64,000 bases of DNA from Octopus sinensis (taxonomy: Eukaryota), in the NCBI RefSeq assembly GCF_006345805.1, contig NC_043009.1, positions 50,716,001 to 50,780,000 of the forward strand, read 5' to 3'. The notes below the pieces were generated by a model. That model saw only the letters and a program-made list of their open reading frames with translations, did not search any database and had not been told where the DNA came from. Both the position numbers and the translations under genes were made by a program. Below are positions 26,059 through 38,432 of this stretch, piece by piece; the first letter of the stretch is position 1, and each line of letters begins with the position of its first letter.

Positions 26059-27110
26059 TCATTTAAAAATGAAATCCACTCTTCTCGTTTTACTTTGAGC
26101 GAAGGGGGTAATAATTTTCTCCTTGAACCTTGGATGACTATTGAAGAAATTTTTCTCTATTGAAAACACTGCAAGTGCATTTAGTCTTTCAGGATTCATA
26201 GTGCTCCTTATAAAGGCTTTTATTCTTTTCAGTGTTCTGCCTCTGATGTAGTCATGGGAACTGTCAAGAGGATTTTTATCAATTTCGTAATTTCACTAAG
26301 GACATCATCTAAATTGTTTTCCAAGATAAATTTCAGCAGCTCAATTAATTTGCAATATTCATGCATATCGGATCTGCAATAGAATATTTTCAGTTCAGTT
26401 TCAAGCTTCTCTTTGTCAATAATGGGATATGTTTTAGTGGTCAGTGCTATCTCTTTCGTAGACAGTTCATTCTTAAAATTAGTGAAGCTTTTCTTGTTGA
26501 ATAATTTAGCAGCTATTAAGTGTTTAGTGGAAGAATATCTATCCATTATATCAACACATATGCAGGCACACACTTCCTTTGTTTCTGCCATGAGTGTCTT
26601 TGAAGGATTCTCATAGTACTACTTCGAGTTTCTTATTTCCAAAATATCAGTTTTGAAATCTGTTATTCATTGACTTTAAACATGCTAATTTCTCGAGATT
26701 GCACTTGGTTGTAAATTACTTCAGCATGAGGTATAATCTGATGAAAAAGCTCTAACCATGAAATTATCATCATTCAAGTATTTCAAAATTCCTGTTACTT
26801 CTGCTGTGGTCTAACCTGGATTTGATATTGAAGGCAGCTTTTTAAAGGTTGCAAATTTTCATGAACTCTGTTCAGGGTCCGTACGTTAAAGTTCCACCTT
26901 GTAGAGGATGGGCGTGGAATGTTGACGTCCATATGCTTCTTTAGAATGGAGACACGTTATGGTAATCTTGAGAAGAATGTTGGAATAGCCAAAATTTTAA
27001 AGAAAAATATTCTTGCGTTCAGTGTAATACTTGCTGCATTACTTATAATTAAATTAAGTTGATGCGCATAACAGTGAATGAAATGTGCATTACCATAAAC
27101 TGTTTTCTAT
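26059..27110 (-). pseudogene. hAT transposase pseudogene (C-terminal half)
   Basis: Motifs HCYAHQLNL (CxxH, ~27050-27076), RWNFNVRT (~26880-26900), WLELFHQI, and the dimerisation domain ILLTVPMTTSEAE//TLKRIK..RSTMNPERLNALAVFSIEK. Frameshifts and stops present. Confidence 0.88.
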
Positions 27111-27189
27111 GTTTGCTTTTTTGCTTTTCATGACATTGCACCACGAAATGTCTGAACTATCAGATTTTGTTCATTTCCTTGAAGGATTA

Positions 27190-27435
27190 CCGTATTTGAC
27201 GGCATATTAGACGCACTGGCATATTAGACGCACCCTCATTTCAGCAGGTCAAATTCAGGAAAAAAAAGTTTTAAATGTATTTAAGCATATATTGTTGAAA
27301 GCAGTCTAGCAGCACATTACAAAAGCAGAAAACATTGCTGTATAAAAGCAAGCATACAAAAGGAAAGCATACAAATTACAATAGTAATCATCTTTAATCA
27401 TCTTTTTAACCATTTGTATTTTAAAGTAATAATAC

Positions 27436-27501
<66 letters not shown>

Positions 27502-27731
27502 TAATAATAATAATAATATAATAATACTAGCAATAAAATAATGATGCATGAGTACGGAAAATATCATTAAGGCGTTAGCGTAGGTAGAAATACTTATCGT
27601 AAGCTAGGTTAGTGAGCGTCTGGGAGAAGATTAGCCTACGGGAGGGTCTTGACTTCGCATATTAGACGCAGGGCGATTTTTTGAGCCAAATTTTTTGGAA
27701 AAAAGTGCGTCCTATATGCCGTCAAATACGG
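27190..27731. mobile_element. Tc1/mariner (Tc2-type) MITE nested in the hAT element
   Basis: TIRs CCGTATTTGACGGCATAT / ATATGCCGTCAAATACGG flanked by TA on both sides; internal (AAT)n. Related fragments at ~53545-53665 and ~63500-63575. Confidence 0.9.
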
Positions 27732-29655
27732 TATTTCTAATTGTTCTAGACTACGTTTTGATATGCCACCTGCAATCTGATTTTTTGGAATACAGGAATT
27801 TTGTAATTTTTCATGAACGAGAGTATGGCTACTGATATTAAGCTCAAGGATTATATAATGTACAAGTATAAAGAAAGAATTAAAAAAAAAAAAGACTCAT
27901 TATATTGAATGTTATCGATAATATTGAATGAAAATAGGGGATGCTGCAGTTTCGCAGTGCCATTACACAAGCCGCCACTGCCTCCGACTTTCTTTCACTT
28001 CTCAAGCAGCCTGTCGAGATTACAGCCAGTCAATAAAAACATCAGTCATGTTGATCTCACCGGTTTCTGAATGATGGCAAATGACATAAGTACAGTTCCT
28101 TCCACAAAAAATAAAATAAAATTATCGACAGTCTATAAAGTTTATCCATAAGTTGTTGTCACGGATGTGAATTATGCAGAGAAATGGATTTGATAAAGCT
28201 AGCTTAAGAATCGGCAGTTGGAATCCGTTGTAGCTCTAGCTAACATATTTAATTCTCGACGACTCAGTTCATAAAGGTATAAAAGAGTGGAATGATTCAA
28301 TACTATGAGCAACACTGTATATAACTATCGAATGTTTCGATAACTCGGGAGTGCTGATATTGTGTTCTCCACCCTCTATTCTAGGGTGGATTCGAAAGTG
28401 CACACGCGTGCCTGTGTTTATTTGAGTGTTGTATAGACTGGTTTGTCCTTAAGGCAGAAGGTATAGAATGCTTAATGGAAACGTCGACACTGCACGCATA
28501 AACACACACAACCGTGCACCCTGAATAGAAACAAAGATTTAAGTTTACATAGACACACACATAGCGTAGCTTTCTCAGCTGAAGCCCGCTGGAAACCCTA
28601 CATTGTTAAAACAAATATCGTGTCCGTAAAAACAAAGTATGGTGGGAGAAGCGATAATAACATGAAATGGTTTATTTTTCCTGTTAATTACATGCTAAGA
28701 AGGTTATGGTCCGCGCGACGAGAGAGCCAAGGTTTGCCTGCTACGCGTAATAAACCCCCGCATGCTCATCCTGTATTAATCTAAAAAAAGAATAAAATAA
28801 AAACTGAAGACTAACATAAAACCTGAAAAACATAGAAAGGGATGGAATAAGTGAAGGAAAGAAAACGGAAAAAGATAATTATGATGGATAGAACAGAGAA
28901 TGAGAACGAAAGATTAAATTATTCATTTATTTTCCAAACAAGTGTAAAAGAATGTAAAATTGATACTTTCTGTAATAATTAATGTTTTCTTAATGACTAA
29001 GAAAAACAAACATTAACTACAACCCATGATACAGAACCAAATACTTCTGAAATGTTGACAGTGACTACGAAGTTTCGCCGCGGAATATTATCAAACTATC
29101 TTTATATAATCAATCGATTCATTTTTCTCATTCTGTGTGAAGGATTTATTATATATAAACGATATAGCCATTCTTAGTTATTTTATTTCTCCCATAGAAT
29201 GTTGATGTTCCGATATTAAAGAAGAGTGAGATTCGTTAGAGAATACAAATGTAATAAAAACATTCGTGATGTTCCAGTGGTAGGGTGGAGGGAAGAACCT
29301 TCCAGCATACCCATCTAGTTCAGTGTTCAACGCGAGAGAGGGAGATACAATACAAGAGAGGGATAAACAGGATCAAGACAGACAACTATAAAGATAGGGA
29401 GCAAAATGTTTGTTAAAAGCCCAACACACACACAGAGACACAGAAGGAGACACTATGTTCTAAGATCAATATTAATAGGAGAGAAAGAAAGAACGTGAGG
29501 GTTTTCAAAACTCAACAATGACAGATAACAGCAATGTCAAAAACGAATATGAATTCCTTTGACGAAGTATAAGGCTACAGGTAAGAAGAGAACATGGAAG
29601 TTGTGAGGCTCATGCCGAATCAGAGTTGTTTCATCGAGAACTTAATAAATTCAGT

Positions 29656-30046
29656 ATGGAGTGGCTGTGTGGTAAGTAGCTTGTTCCGGGTTCAGTCCCA
29701 CTGCGTGGCACCTTGGGCAAGTGTCTTCTGCTATAGCCCCGGGCCGACCAATGCCTTATGAGTGGATTTGGTAGACGGAAACTGAAAGAAGCCCGTCGTA
29801 TATATGTATATATATATATGTGTGCGTGTGTGTGTTTGTGTGTCTGAGTTTGTCCCCCTAGCATTGCTTGACAACCGATGCTGGTGTTTTTATGTCCCCG
29901 TCACTTAGCGGTTCGGCAAAACAGACCGATAGAATAAGTACTGGGCTTACAAAAGAATAAGCCCGGGGTCGAGTTGCTCGAGTAAAGGCGGTGCTCCAGC
30001 ATGGCCGCAGTCAAATGACTGAAACAAGTAAAAGAGTAAAAGAGAG
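29656..30046 (+). mobile_element. SINE family A (small head deletion)
   Basis: GGAGTGGCTGTGTGGTAAG... through the AAGAGTAAAAGAG tail. Confidence 0.9.
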
Positions 30047-30379
30047 AGTATTGACCCGAGTGTAACGGAATATCCAAGTAGAGTCACGGAGCAAAGACAA
30101 AAACAAGTCAACAAGCAACGAATTCAGTATTTCAGACTATTTTTTTTGCTTTTGTTTTTCGTTGTTTTTCTCCCATCAAAAACAAATGCACAACACTGCC
30201 TCATATGTTTACTTAACCCTTCCTTTCTTAACAGCGTCGTTTATTTTGAGCTTATATTATTTATTCGTTGCCCTACTGTTTTTATTTACCTTGTTTTTCT
30301 TGTTGCTCTAATATTTCATTGCGATAATCTTATCACTATTTAGAAAATAGGAGGGAAGATGTGAAATTGTGAATTTCAC

Positions 30380-30760
30380 AGTTCTTCGAAGAGTATTAGT
30401 GTGTGAAACATGGATGTTAAATATCGAGGTACAAGGATCAAATGAGACTTTGGAAAAAAATCACCGAGTCAAATAATAATGGGTGAAACAATGATGACAG
30501 TCAGGGTCGAAGGCAGTTCCACGCTGCTTTAAATGTGGCCCAAAGGGCCACATTAGAGCAGACTGCACTACAAAGACAAAAAAAAAAAGAAAGAAAGAAA
30601 GAAAGCAGAAGAGAAACAACCAAACGATATGGAGGAGGAAAAAGAAGAGAAACCAGAGAGTCCCAGAAAGGAGGTGGAAGTAGCAGAAACAGAGGGTAAA
30701 TGGGAAAAGGCCAAGGAATGATGAATCTGCCCACAAGATGGCAGAAGATACTGTAAACTA
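30380..30760 (+). pseudogene. LINE ORF1 (gag-like) relic with CCHC zinc knuckle
   Basis: 30525-30566 encodes CFKCGPKGHIRADC (CX2CX4HX4C), preceded by TVRVEG in another frame and followed by a K/E-rich stretch. Confidence 0.65.
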
Positions 30761-30845
30761 AACGGCAATTATATCACTGATTGGATAAAATACTGTTTTA
30801 TTTTACCTTTATAAGAAAAAAAAAATGATCGTTTTGGCCAGCTCA

Positions 30846-31275
30846 GGGATCTTTTCGGTTTGAACGGCAGCTTTTTCTAGCGGCGTCATATAAAATTGTC
30901 ACCCATAATTATGACCCTAGTATCGATCTATTGCATTTCAATGTGTTTTAGGGTTAGGGTTAGGTTTAGGGGTGGGGAGAAGGGTATCTTTTTTTCTTCA
31001 GAAATGTAAATAAACCCAATCTGTTTCTTAAACGAGGGACATATTCATACGACACAGAATGTTTTCACCTCAATAGACGTCATTGATTGGTTGAAATTGC
31101 AGAAATTGAAGAAAAGAAAAACAGCAACAAATATCTTACAAATTATAGAATTTTCTCAATAAAGCCAAGAGAAAAAGATGTTTTATAAAAACATTCTACC
31201 AGTATACGAAGTTTAAAAGTGTTTAGTTACGTGGAAATTATTTTTAAAAACTGCCGTGCAAACCGAAAAGATCCC
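30846..31275. mobile_element. Unclassified 430-bp MITE with 6-bp TSD and internal TTAGGG repeats
   Basis: TIRs GGGATCTTTTCGGTTTGAACGGCAG / CTGCCGTGCAAACCGAAAAGATCCC; TSD AGCTCA on both sides. Confidence 0.88.
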
Positions 31276-31542
31276 AGCTCAGTATTTAAGAAGTACATAT
31301 TTTATATAAGAATAATTTTTATTGCCAGTAACATTACCCCTATTATTAATTTCCTCATCATCTAATTTGTTGTTTGCTTTTTTTTTTCTTCAATAATGGA
31401 AGTCTAAAATAAAGTTTGAAGTTATAACAAGACGCCTTATATAACCGTGCAGACAATTAACAAGGATTAATTAAAGCTTGAAGAGGCGACACAATTAAGC
31501 ACAAATTTCGATTTGATTTGGGTAATTTGACTCTAACTTAAT

Positions 31543-31759
31543 CTCTTTTACTCATTTACTCTTTTACTTGTTTCAGTCATTTGACTGCGGTCATGCTGGA
31601 GCACCGCCTTTAGTCGAGCAAATCGACCCCGGGACTTATTCTTTGTAAGCCCAGTACTTATTCTATCGGTCTCTTTTTCCGAACCGCTAAGTGACGGGGA
31701 CGTAAACATACCAGCATCGGTTGTCAAGCAATGCTAGAGGGACAACCACAGACACACAA

Positions 31760-31804
<45 letters not shown>

Positions 31805-31961
31805 TACGACAGGCTTCTTTTCAGTTTCCATCTACCAAATCCACTCACAAGGCATTGGTCGGCCCGGGGCTATAGCAGAAGACACTTGCCCAAGATGCCA
31901 CGCAGTGGGACTGAACCCGGAACCATGTGGTTGGTTAGCAAGCTACTTACCACACAGCCAC
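31543..31961 (-). mobile_element. SINE family A
   Basis: Reverse-complement full copy. Confidence 0.92.
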
Positions 31962-32145
31962 TAAGACAAGAAACAAAACCATTGGAATTTATTTATAGTC
32001 CCTGTTGTAGTTTCTTGAAAAACAAAAGGGAGAAGCTAAAGTACAATTGCAAAGGTATTTGAGTATGAGTGACCACATGTGACCGAGTGTATGTGCACAC
32101 AGTCGGTGCGTTGCCCTGCTAGTTTGGACACGAGTACACTAGAAT

Positions 32146-32754
32146 GGATGGAAGCACTCCATCGGTTACAACGACGAGGGTTCCGGTTGATCCGATCAAC
32201 GGAACAGCCTGCTCGTGAAATGAACGTGTAAGTGGCTGAGCACTCCACAGACACGTGTACCCTTAACGTAGTTCTCAGGGATATTCAGCGTGACACAGAG
32301 AGTGACAAGGCCGGCCCCCTTGAAATACAGGTACAACAGAAACAGGAAGTAAGAGTGAGAGAAAGTTGTGGTGAAAGAGTACATATTTCTTTATTACCCA
32401 CAAGGGGCTAAACACAGAGGGGACAAACAAGGACAGACATAGGTATTAAGTCGATTACATCGACTCCAGTGCGTGACTGGTACTTAATTTATCGACCCCG
32501 AAAGGATGAAAGGCAAAGTCCACCTCGGCGCAATTTGAACTCACAACGTAACGACAGACGAAATACCGCTAAGCATTTCGCCCGGCGTGCTAACGTTTCT
32601 ACAGCAGGGATCACCACCATCCCTGTTGGAGCCTCGTGGAGCTTTTAGGTGTTTTCGCTCAATAAACACTCACAACGCCCGGTCTGGGAATCGAAATCGC
32701 GATCCTACGACCGCGAGTCCGCTGCCCTAACCACTGGGCCATTGCGCCTCCACT
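32146..32754 (-). mobile_element. tRNA-derived SINE family D with a nested family B copy (32384-32600)
   Basis: Minus head GGAGGCGCAATGGCCCAGTGGTTAGGGCAGCGG...TTCGATTCC. The B copy interrupts GAGTACA/ACAGCAGGG. Flanked by a 64-bp direct repeat. Confidence 0.9.
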
Positions 32755-33354
32755 ACCGAGTGTATGTGCACACAGTTGGTGCCTTGCTCTGCTAGTGTGG
32801 ATACGAGTACACTAGAATACGCATGAGTGCGCGTTGTGAGTAGTTATGTGTGTGTGTATGAAAGAGTAAGTATGAGTGTATATTGAAATAAGGCTTGCAC
32901 TTTGCGTAATAAATATATCACACTGAGCGATGGAATCAGAAATTCGTGACACCAGTATAAATATGTATATTAACAATGAAGCTTATTTAGTCACAACTAT
33001 TTCCCTAATCATTCGCAAAAACTGACATCTGTGGATTACGAAGATATTATACGGGCAGTTCAGAGAGCGAGAAGTAAGCAAAGTTTACGATATGACAAAA
33101 CTCGAAGCTTCATGGTGAAATGATATAATCGACAGCACTAGTTGGCCACACTTGTTCTTCTAAACGCATAAGCACGTACACAGTGCGCGCGCGAATGTGT
33201 GTGGTGCGTGCGTTCACGCTTAACCGTCACTCGCTGGTGTCACGCTTTCTTTAATTTTTTAAGGTGTGCTTATGCAGCCGCGAGCAGACATCGGCTCGGT
33301 ACTCCCACTCTTCATCCGGCGGAACGTTGCAGATGTGACAGCTCGAAGGAGAGA

Positions 33355-33865
33355 GAACAGCGCCAGCTGAGTGGATTGAAAGAAACAAAAGCATGAAATT
33401 ATGTGCCTTGCCCAAGGATATACAACACGCGACCTGGTCCAGAAAATGAGCCCACGGTCTCATGATTGTAAGTCCAATACCTATTTCTTTACTACCCACA
33501 AGGGGCTAAACACAGAGAGGACAAACAAAGACAGACAAACGGATTAAGTCGATTATATCGACCCCAGTGCGTAACTGGTACTTATTTAATCGACCCCCGA
33601 AATGATGAAAGGCAAAGTCGACCTCGGCGAAATTTATTTCTTTACTACCCACAAGGGGCTAAACATAGAGGGGACAAACAAGGACAGACAAACGGATTAA
33701 GTCGATTATATCGACCCCCAGTGCGTAACTGGTACTTATTTAATCGATCCTGAAAGGATGAAAGGCAAAGTCGACCTCGGCGGAATTTGAGCTCAGAACG
33801 TAACGGTAGACGAAATACAGCTACGCATTTCGCCCAGCGTACATAACCACGTACCTTCACACATA
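33355..33865 (-). mobile_element. Diverged SINE family E with a B-SINE dimer inserted in its head
   Basis: E-like sequence at 33355-33480 and ~33841-33860 flanks two B copies (33481-33840). Confidence 0.8.
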
Positions 33866-34755
33866 CACACTCACATGCACTAACTTATTATTGGGTAGTA
33901 GAGTGGGTACTGAGGATTTCCTCTCCATGTGTGCAAAGAATAAGAGCATCCTGTTCACAGAAATCACTGGAACGAGAAAGGAGTAAAATAAAATGGCTTA
34001 ACTGGTATATGAAACTTAACACAAAGCTTTGTGCTTGATATCATTTTAAGGAAGATTGCATGCAATCGCGTGTTTGTTGCACAACTTAACGTAGATATAT
34101 TTTTGGCGGTTGCGTTTTGAATATACCATTTGAAAAGAAAGTATTTTTACAATGGTATCTTTCGTGTTTAGTGTTCAAACTCCGCACAGAGATAAGTAAT
34201 AAATGACGTTAATCCATCTACAAATCGAAACTAGCTTACGGTACACATTTGCTGAGCAAAATGTTCGATAAAATCATAGCCAATAAGAATTTATGCCTCA
34301 GCAGGTCTTGAAAAAATACATTGAATTAAAGCAATGTGGAAAGAGGTCTTCGACATTAAGGCGACAGGAATCTTGAGAAATACGATAAATAAGTTCAGTT
34401 CGAAGATTACAGGTGAAATTTTTACTTCTTTGATCTAATATTGAAGTTTTGTTTGTACTGATATTCTAGAAATACAATGAAAGGATGAATGAATGATTTC
34501 GATCTTTAGTCTGGTTTCTGAAAGTGGCACCAATTCTCTAGAGTTGAGAAAGATTAGTTGATTAGCACACCAAAGTCTGTTTTTTTTTTTTTTTTTTCAG
34601 TAAGTGTAGTTTAAACCTTTGTAGTCGGTATTGTGTATGGCTTTATCAATAAAGGTTGTGAAGCATTATATGAAAACGTAGCATTTATTGTGGTACCACG
34701 TGACTGCAAGGGTACAGCTATGTATATATGCATTTACACGTGTTGTGTGTATACA

Positions 34756-34967
34756 TACGAAGTGGAGCTGAAAAGTTCATGGCTTTGGGTAAAAGAAAAT
34801 ACAGGAAGATTAGTTAATTAGGATTTTTCCCATCATATCCCACTCTCAGAATTACACACCTATTGCAGCAGCACTAAGCCCTGTAAAAGAACTCGAAAGG
34901 TTGAGCCACCAACCAGGCCTTTCGTGACATCCTTAAAGCCAGGAACTTTTCAGCACCCCCTCGTGTA
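34756..34967. mobile_element. Mariner-type MITE
   Basis: Termini TACGAAGTGGAGCTGAAAAGTTC / GAACTTTTCAGCACCCCCTCGTG-TA. Confidence 0.75.
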
Positions 34968-35004
34968 TGTGTGTATGTGAGAGAGAGAGAGGAGAGAGAG
35001 AGAG

Positions 35005-35048
<44 letters not shown>

Positions 35049-35255
35049 AAATTTGTGGATTGGCAAAATCGTCAGAGTTCAATAAATTTTTGTAACTTCT
35101 TGCGGAACCCCTGGACTGTACTGGCGGAACCCTGGTTGAAAACCACTGAGATATACTAAGGAGGTGAAACGTAAAAGAGAAACCGATTTTGGTTGGTTTC
35201 TGAATGCTTCAAAATAATTCGACACTAAATTAGCGTCTCTGTAAATAAATTGGCT

Positions 35256-35415
35256 ATATTAAAGACAGTCCATTGTCCAAAAGTTCTAGATCTCAATGAT
35301 GTGAAGGAAAAATTATGCCAATCCACATCCAACACTGATGAGGGGATGCTCCAACGCACATGGTCAGAAATTGAACATTGACAAGATGTGTTGCGTGCAA
35401 CTAATAGAGGCCACA
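35256..35415 (+). pseudogene. Tc1/mariner transposase C-terminal relic
   Basis: Reads ...DLNDVKEKLCQSTSNTDEGMLQRTWSEIEH*QDVLRATNRGHI, typical of mariner/Tc1 C-termini. Confidence 0.7.
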
Positions 35416-35973
35416 TATCTGTGTTCTCATGTTTCTAAATAAAACTCAGTTTGCCTATGCTTTCCAATAAACACTGCTAAGTTAGCCTTATTTTTTCATT
35501 TTCCTCAGAATTTTTCAAATTGGAAAGGATATCCTGTACGCAAACTCATATGAATATACACATGGACATACATATCTACTTTATATAGATAGATATGTAT
35601 GTCTATACACATAGACATACATAGATATGTATGTCTATACATATAGACATACATATCTACTTTATATAGATAGATAGACACACAAAAAAACACACGCGCC
35701 GATAGATGTACTCAATATACATACAGACATCTAATAATGCACTCAAGTTTAAAAAATGCTAGTTTGAAACCAGTAGATGTCTTTTCAAAAACATTTCCCG
35801 CAATAACTTTTCTCCATGAATTCTTTGCTCACCACATTGGATGTGTGATATGTATATACATAGGGAGGGGATTTTTCTTACTTTTTGTTTTCCTAAAAAC
35901 TCTAAGAAAAAATATATATTTACTATCGATGTGTTATAATTATACACACAAACACACACACATATTTATACGT

Positions 35974-36017
<44 letters not shown>

Positions 36018-37004
36018 TATATATATATTATATCACGCAAGTGGAAGATACACACACTTTTATACACATCTTCCACTTGCTTGATAGAAATAATGTCTTG
36101 TTAAGTGAGAAATTATTTACGCAGTAACACGTTTAAGGGTGCATTCCGCCAAAATACTTGGTGTCGGCGAAATTGAGTTAGTGACCGTAGAAAGTTGACG
36201 ATTGTTTATTCTTCTTTAGTTTTATCTTATTTCTATATTTGTTGTCTATTGTTGTTTTTAGTGTATGTAAAAAAATGGCAACACTAGACAGCATGCTGGT
36301 TTTAATTTTAATACATATCAAATCTAATTCGGTATTATGTGTGTGTGTGTGTGTATGTGTGTGCATATGTATGAGTGTGTTTTCTATATGTATGAGTGTG
36401 TGTTTTCTATATGTGTGAGAAGCATTTAACACCTAATTCATAACTAGAGTTATTAAGCATAAAAGTGGAGGATGGGGTGTAACACATACCATGTGTGACA
36501 GTTGCCAGGCCTAGGAGATAATAAATGTGTATGTTGGCTAATAATTTATATAATCCGAAGCTATGTCTAGAAAAAAAAAAGAAAATTCCCTGGAAACAAA
36601 AATAAAAACGTAACGAAGAATAAGTAAGCATCTTCTTTTTTTTACTTTTTGTGTGATTTCTTTCTTTGTCCAAAGCTAACAAATATACCCACAGCGTCCA
36701 ATTTATTACACACAAGTCGAGAAAGAGGGAATCTTGAGAATCGGGAATAAGGCGGATCGATTGGAAGTTAGGCTACCGGTTGATGGTTCGTATCTTGTCT
36801 TAAGCGACACAGTGTGAACTTAACCATTCATTCACTGTCACTCTCTCACAGCTATAAGTCATGACGAGACTCAGTATACGGATTTTTTTTTTGTTTCTTT
36901 CTTTCTAGTATATAATAACACTAGATAAACTCCGATCAAGCAGAATATCAAAACATGGTGAACTATGGACCATTCCATTCTTATTTTAGAAGACATTATA
37001 TCCA

Positions 37005-37406
37005 ATATCCTCTTTTTCTTGTTTCAGTCATTTGACTGTGGCCATGCTGGAGCACCGCCTTTAGTCGAGCAACTCGACCCCGGGACTTATTCTTTTTGTA
37101 AGCCTAGTACTTATTATATCGGTATCTTTTGCCGAACCGCTAAGTGACAGAGACATAAACACACCAGCATCGGTTGTCAAGCAATGCTAGGGGGAAAAAC
37201 ACAGACACACAAACATACACGCACACACACACATAATATATATATATATACATATATACGACGGGCTTCTTTCAGTTTCCATCTACCAAATCCACTCACA
37301 AGGCTTTGGTCGGCCCGAGGCTATAGTTGAAGGCACTTGCCCAAGGTGCCACGCAGTGGGACTGAACCCGGAACCATGTGGTTGGTAAGCAAGCTACTTA
37401 CCACAC
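37005..37406 (-). mobile_element. SINE family A
   Basis: Reverse-complement copy. Confidence 0.9.
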
Positions 37407-37599
37407 TATTTTCGTATTCGAAATTTACTCCCGTTGTTCTCTTTAATTATAGTTTATTATAATTAGACACTAATATAATTGGTAACTTGCATAGATAGGA
37501 GAAGTACATTATGCCCTTGGCAAGGACTTTAGTGGTGTGTAATAAGTGAAATTTCTCGAACTGGGAATCGAAACCAGGGGCAAAAGATATCAGATTTAT

Positions 37600-37760
37600 A
37601 TCAGATTCAGCATGGCACAAAATGTGGCAGGGCTGACCCTTTGAAATACAAGTACCACTCATTTTTGCCAGCTCAGTGGACTGGAGCAACGTGAAATAAA
37701 GTGTCTTATTCGAGGGCGGCACAACGCGCCGCCAGTAATCGAATTCCTGACCTTATTTTA
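37600..37760 (-). mobile_element. SINE family E fragment
   Basis: GCCAGCTCAGTGGACTGGAGCAACGTGAAATAAAGTGTC... is the reverse complement of the 38.9-kb copy. Confidence 0.8.
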
Positions 37761-38432
37761 GAAGACATTAAAACTTCAATTCAAAACGGTCCCAAATACT
37801 TGACGACATCGCGAGGATAACAACTAATTTAGATCCCTGTGGAATGGAGCGGGACAGGAAATGAAATCAGAAAAGAGACGGAACTTATATTGCCCTGCAT
37901 TGAACCGTCATGCCAATCTATCGCCCACTTCTATCACTAGAATAACACTTGTGAAATGTTACAACGCTTAATAGTTAAAGACTGTTGAAAAAAAAAGAAA
38001 CACAGGCGAGAGGCTTGAAAGTTTTTATCATATCTAAAATATGTATTTTAAAAGAATTTACAGAATAAAACCTGTTTTATAATTGTATAAAATATGTTAT
38101 ACATATTTTATAACAATATATTTTACTCGTTTAAAAACAATAATAATAATAATTTCAACACGTGAGACAAAACACCCAAGAACACATCTGGTCCAGATTA
38201 AGCGCAACCAACAAGTCTGATTTTCCCATAAACAAACAAAGAATTAAAAATAAATAAATATATTAGCAAACTGCTTAGATTAAATGACCAAGATAATAAC
38301 GAGCCAAGTCAGTTTATAAACTTATCAACACCAGCTCTTAACATGTACAAATGGAATCACTCTCGGTTCCAAATATTGTCTGTTGTAAAGAAAAAAGTGG
38401 CGAGGCTTTATTTGTTTTGTTTTTTTAGTACG

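Larger units (their letters stand above)
25877..27980 (-). mobile_element. Internally deleted hAT (Tip100-like) DNA transposon
   Basis: TIRs TAGTGGCGGCTCGTG (25877) / CAAGCCGCCACTG (27980); 8-bp flanks CCTCCGGG / CCTCCGAC (6/8 identical); transposase relic inside. Confidence 0.88.

Noticed and set aside
30948-30977. TTAGGG repeats as a telomere or fusion remnant
   Set aside because: Only a few units, and they are internal to a TIR/TSD-bounded MITE with a second copy in the window.
32690-32752. tRNA-like sequences (also the heads of A, B and E copies)
   Set aside because: They carry A/B-box-like motifs but run straight into multi-copy SINE bodies, so they are SINE heads rather than tRNA genes.
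35560-35690. Palindromic TAGACATACATATCTA repeats
   Set aside because: Explained as a degenerate compound microsatellite that is self-complementary by composition.
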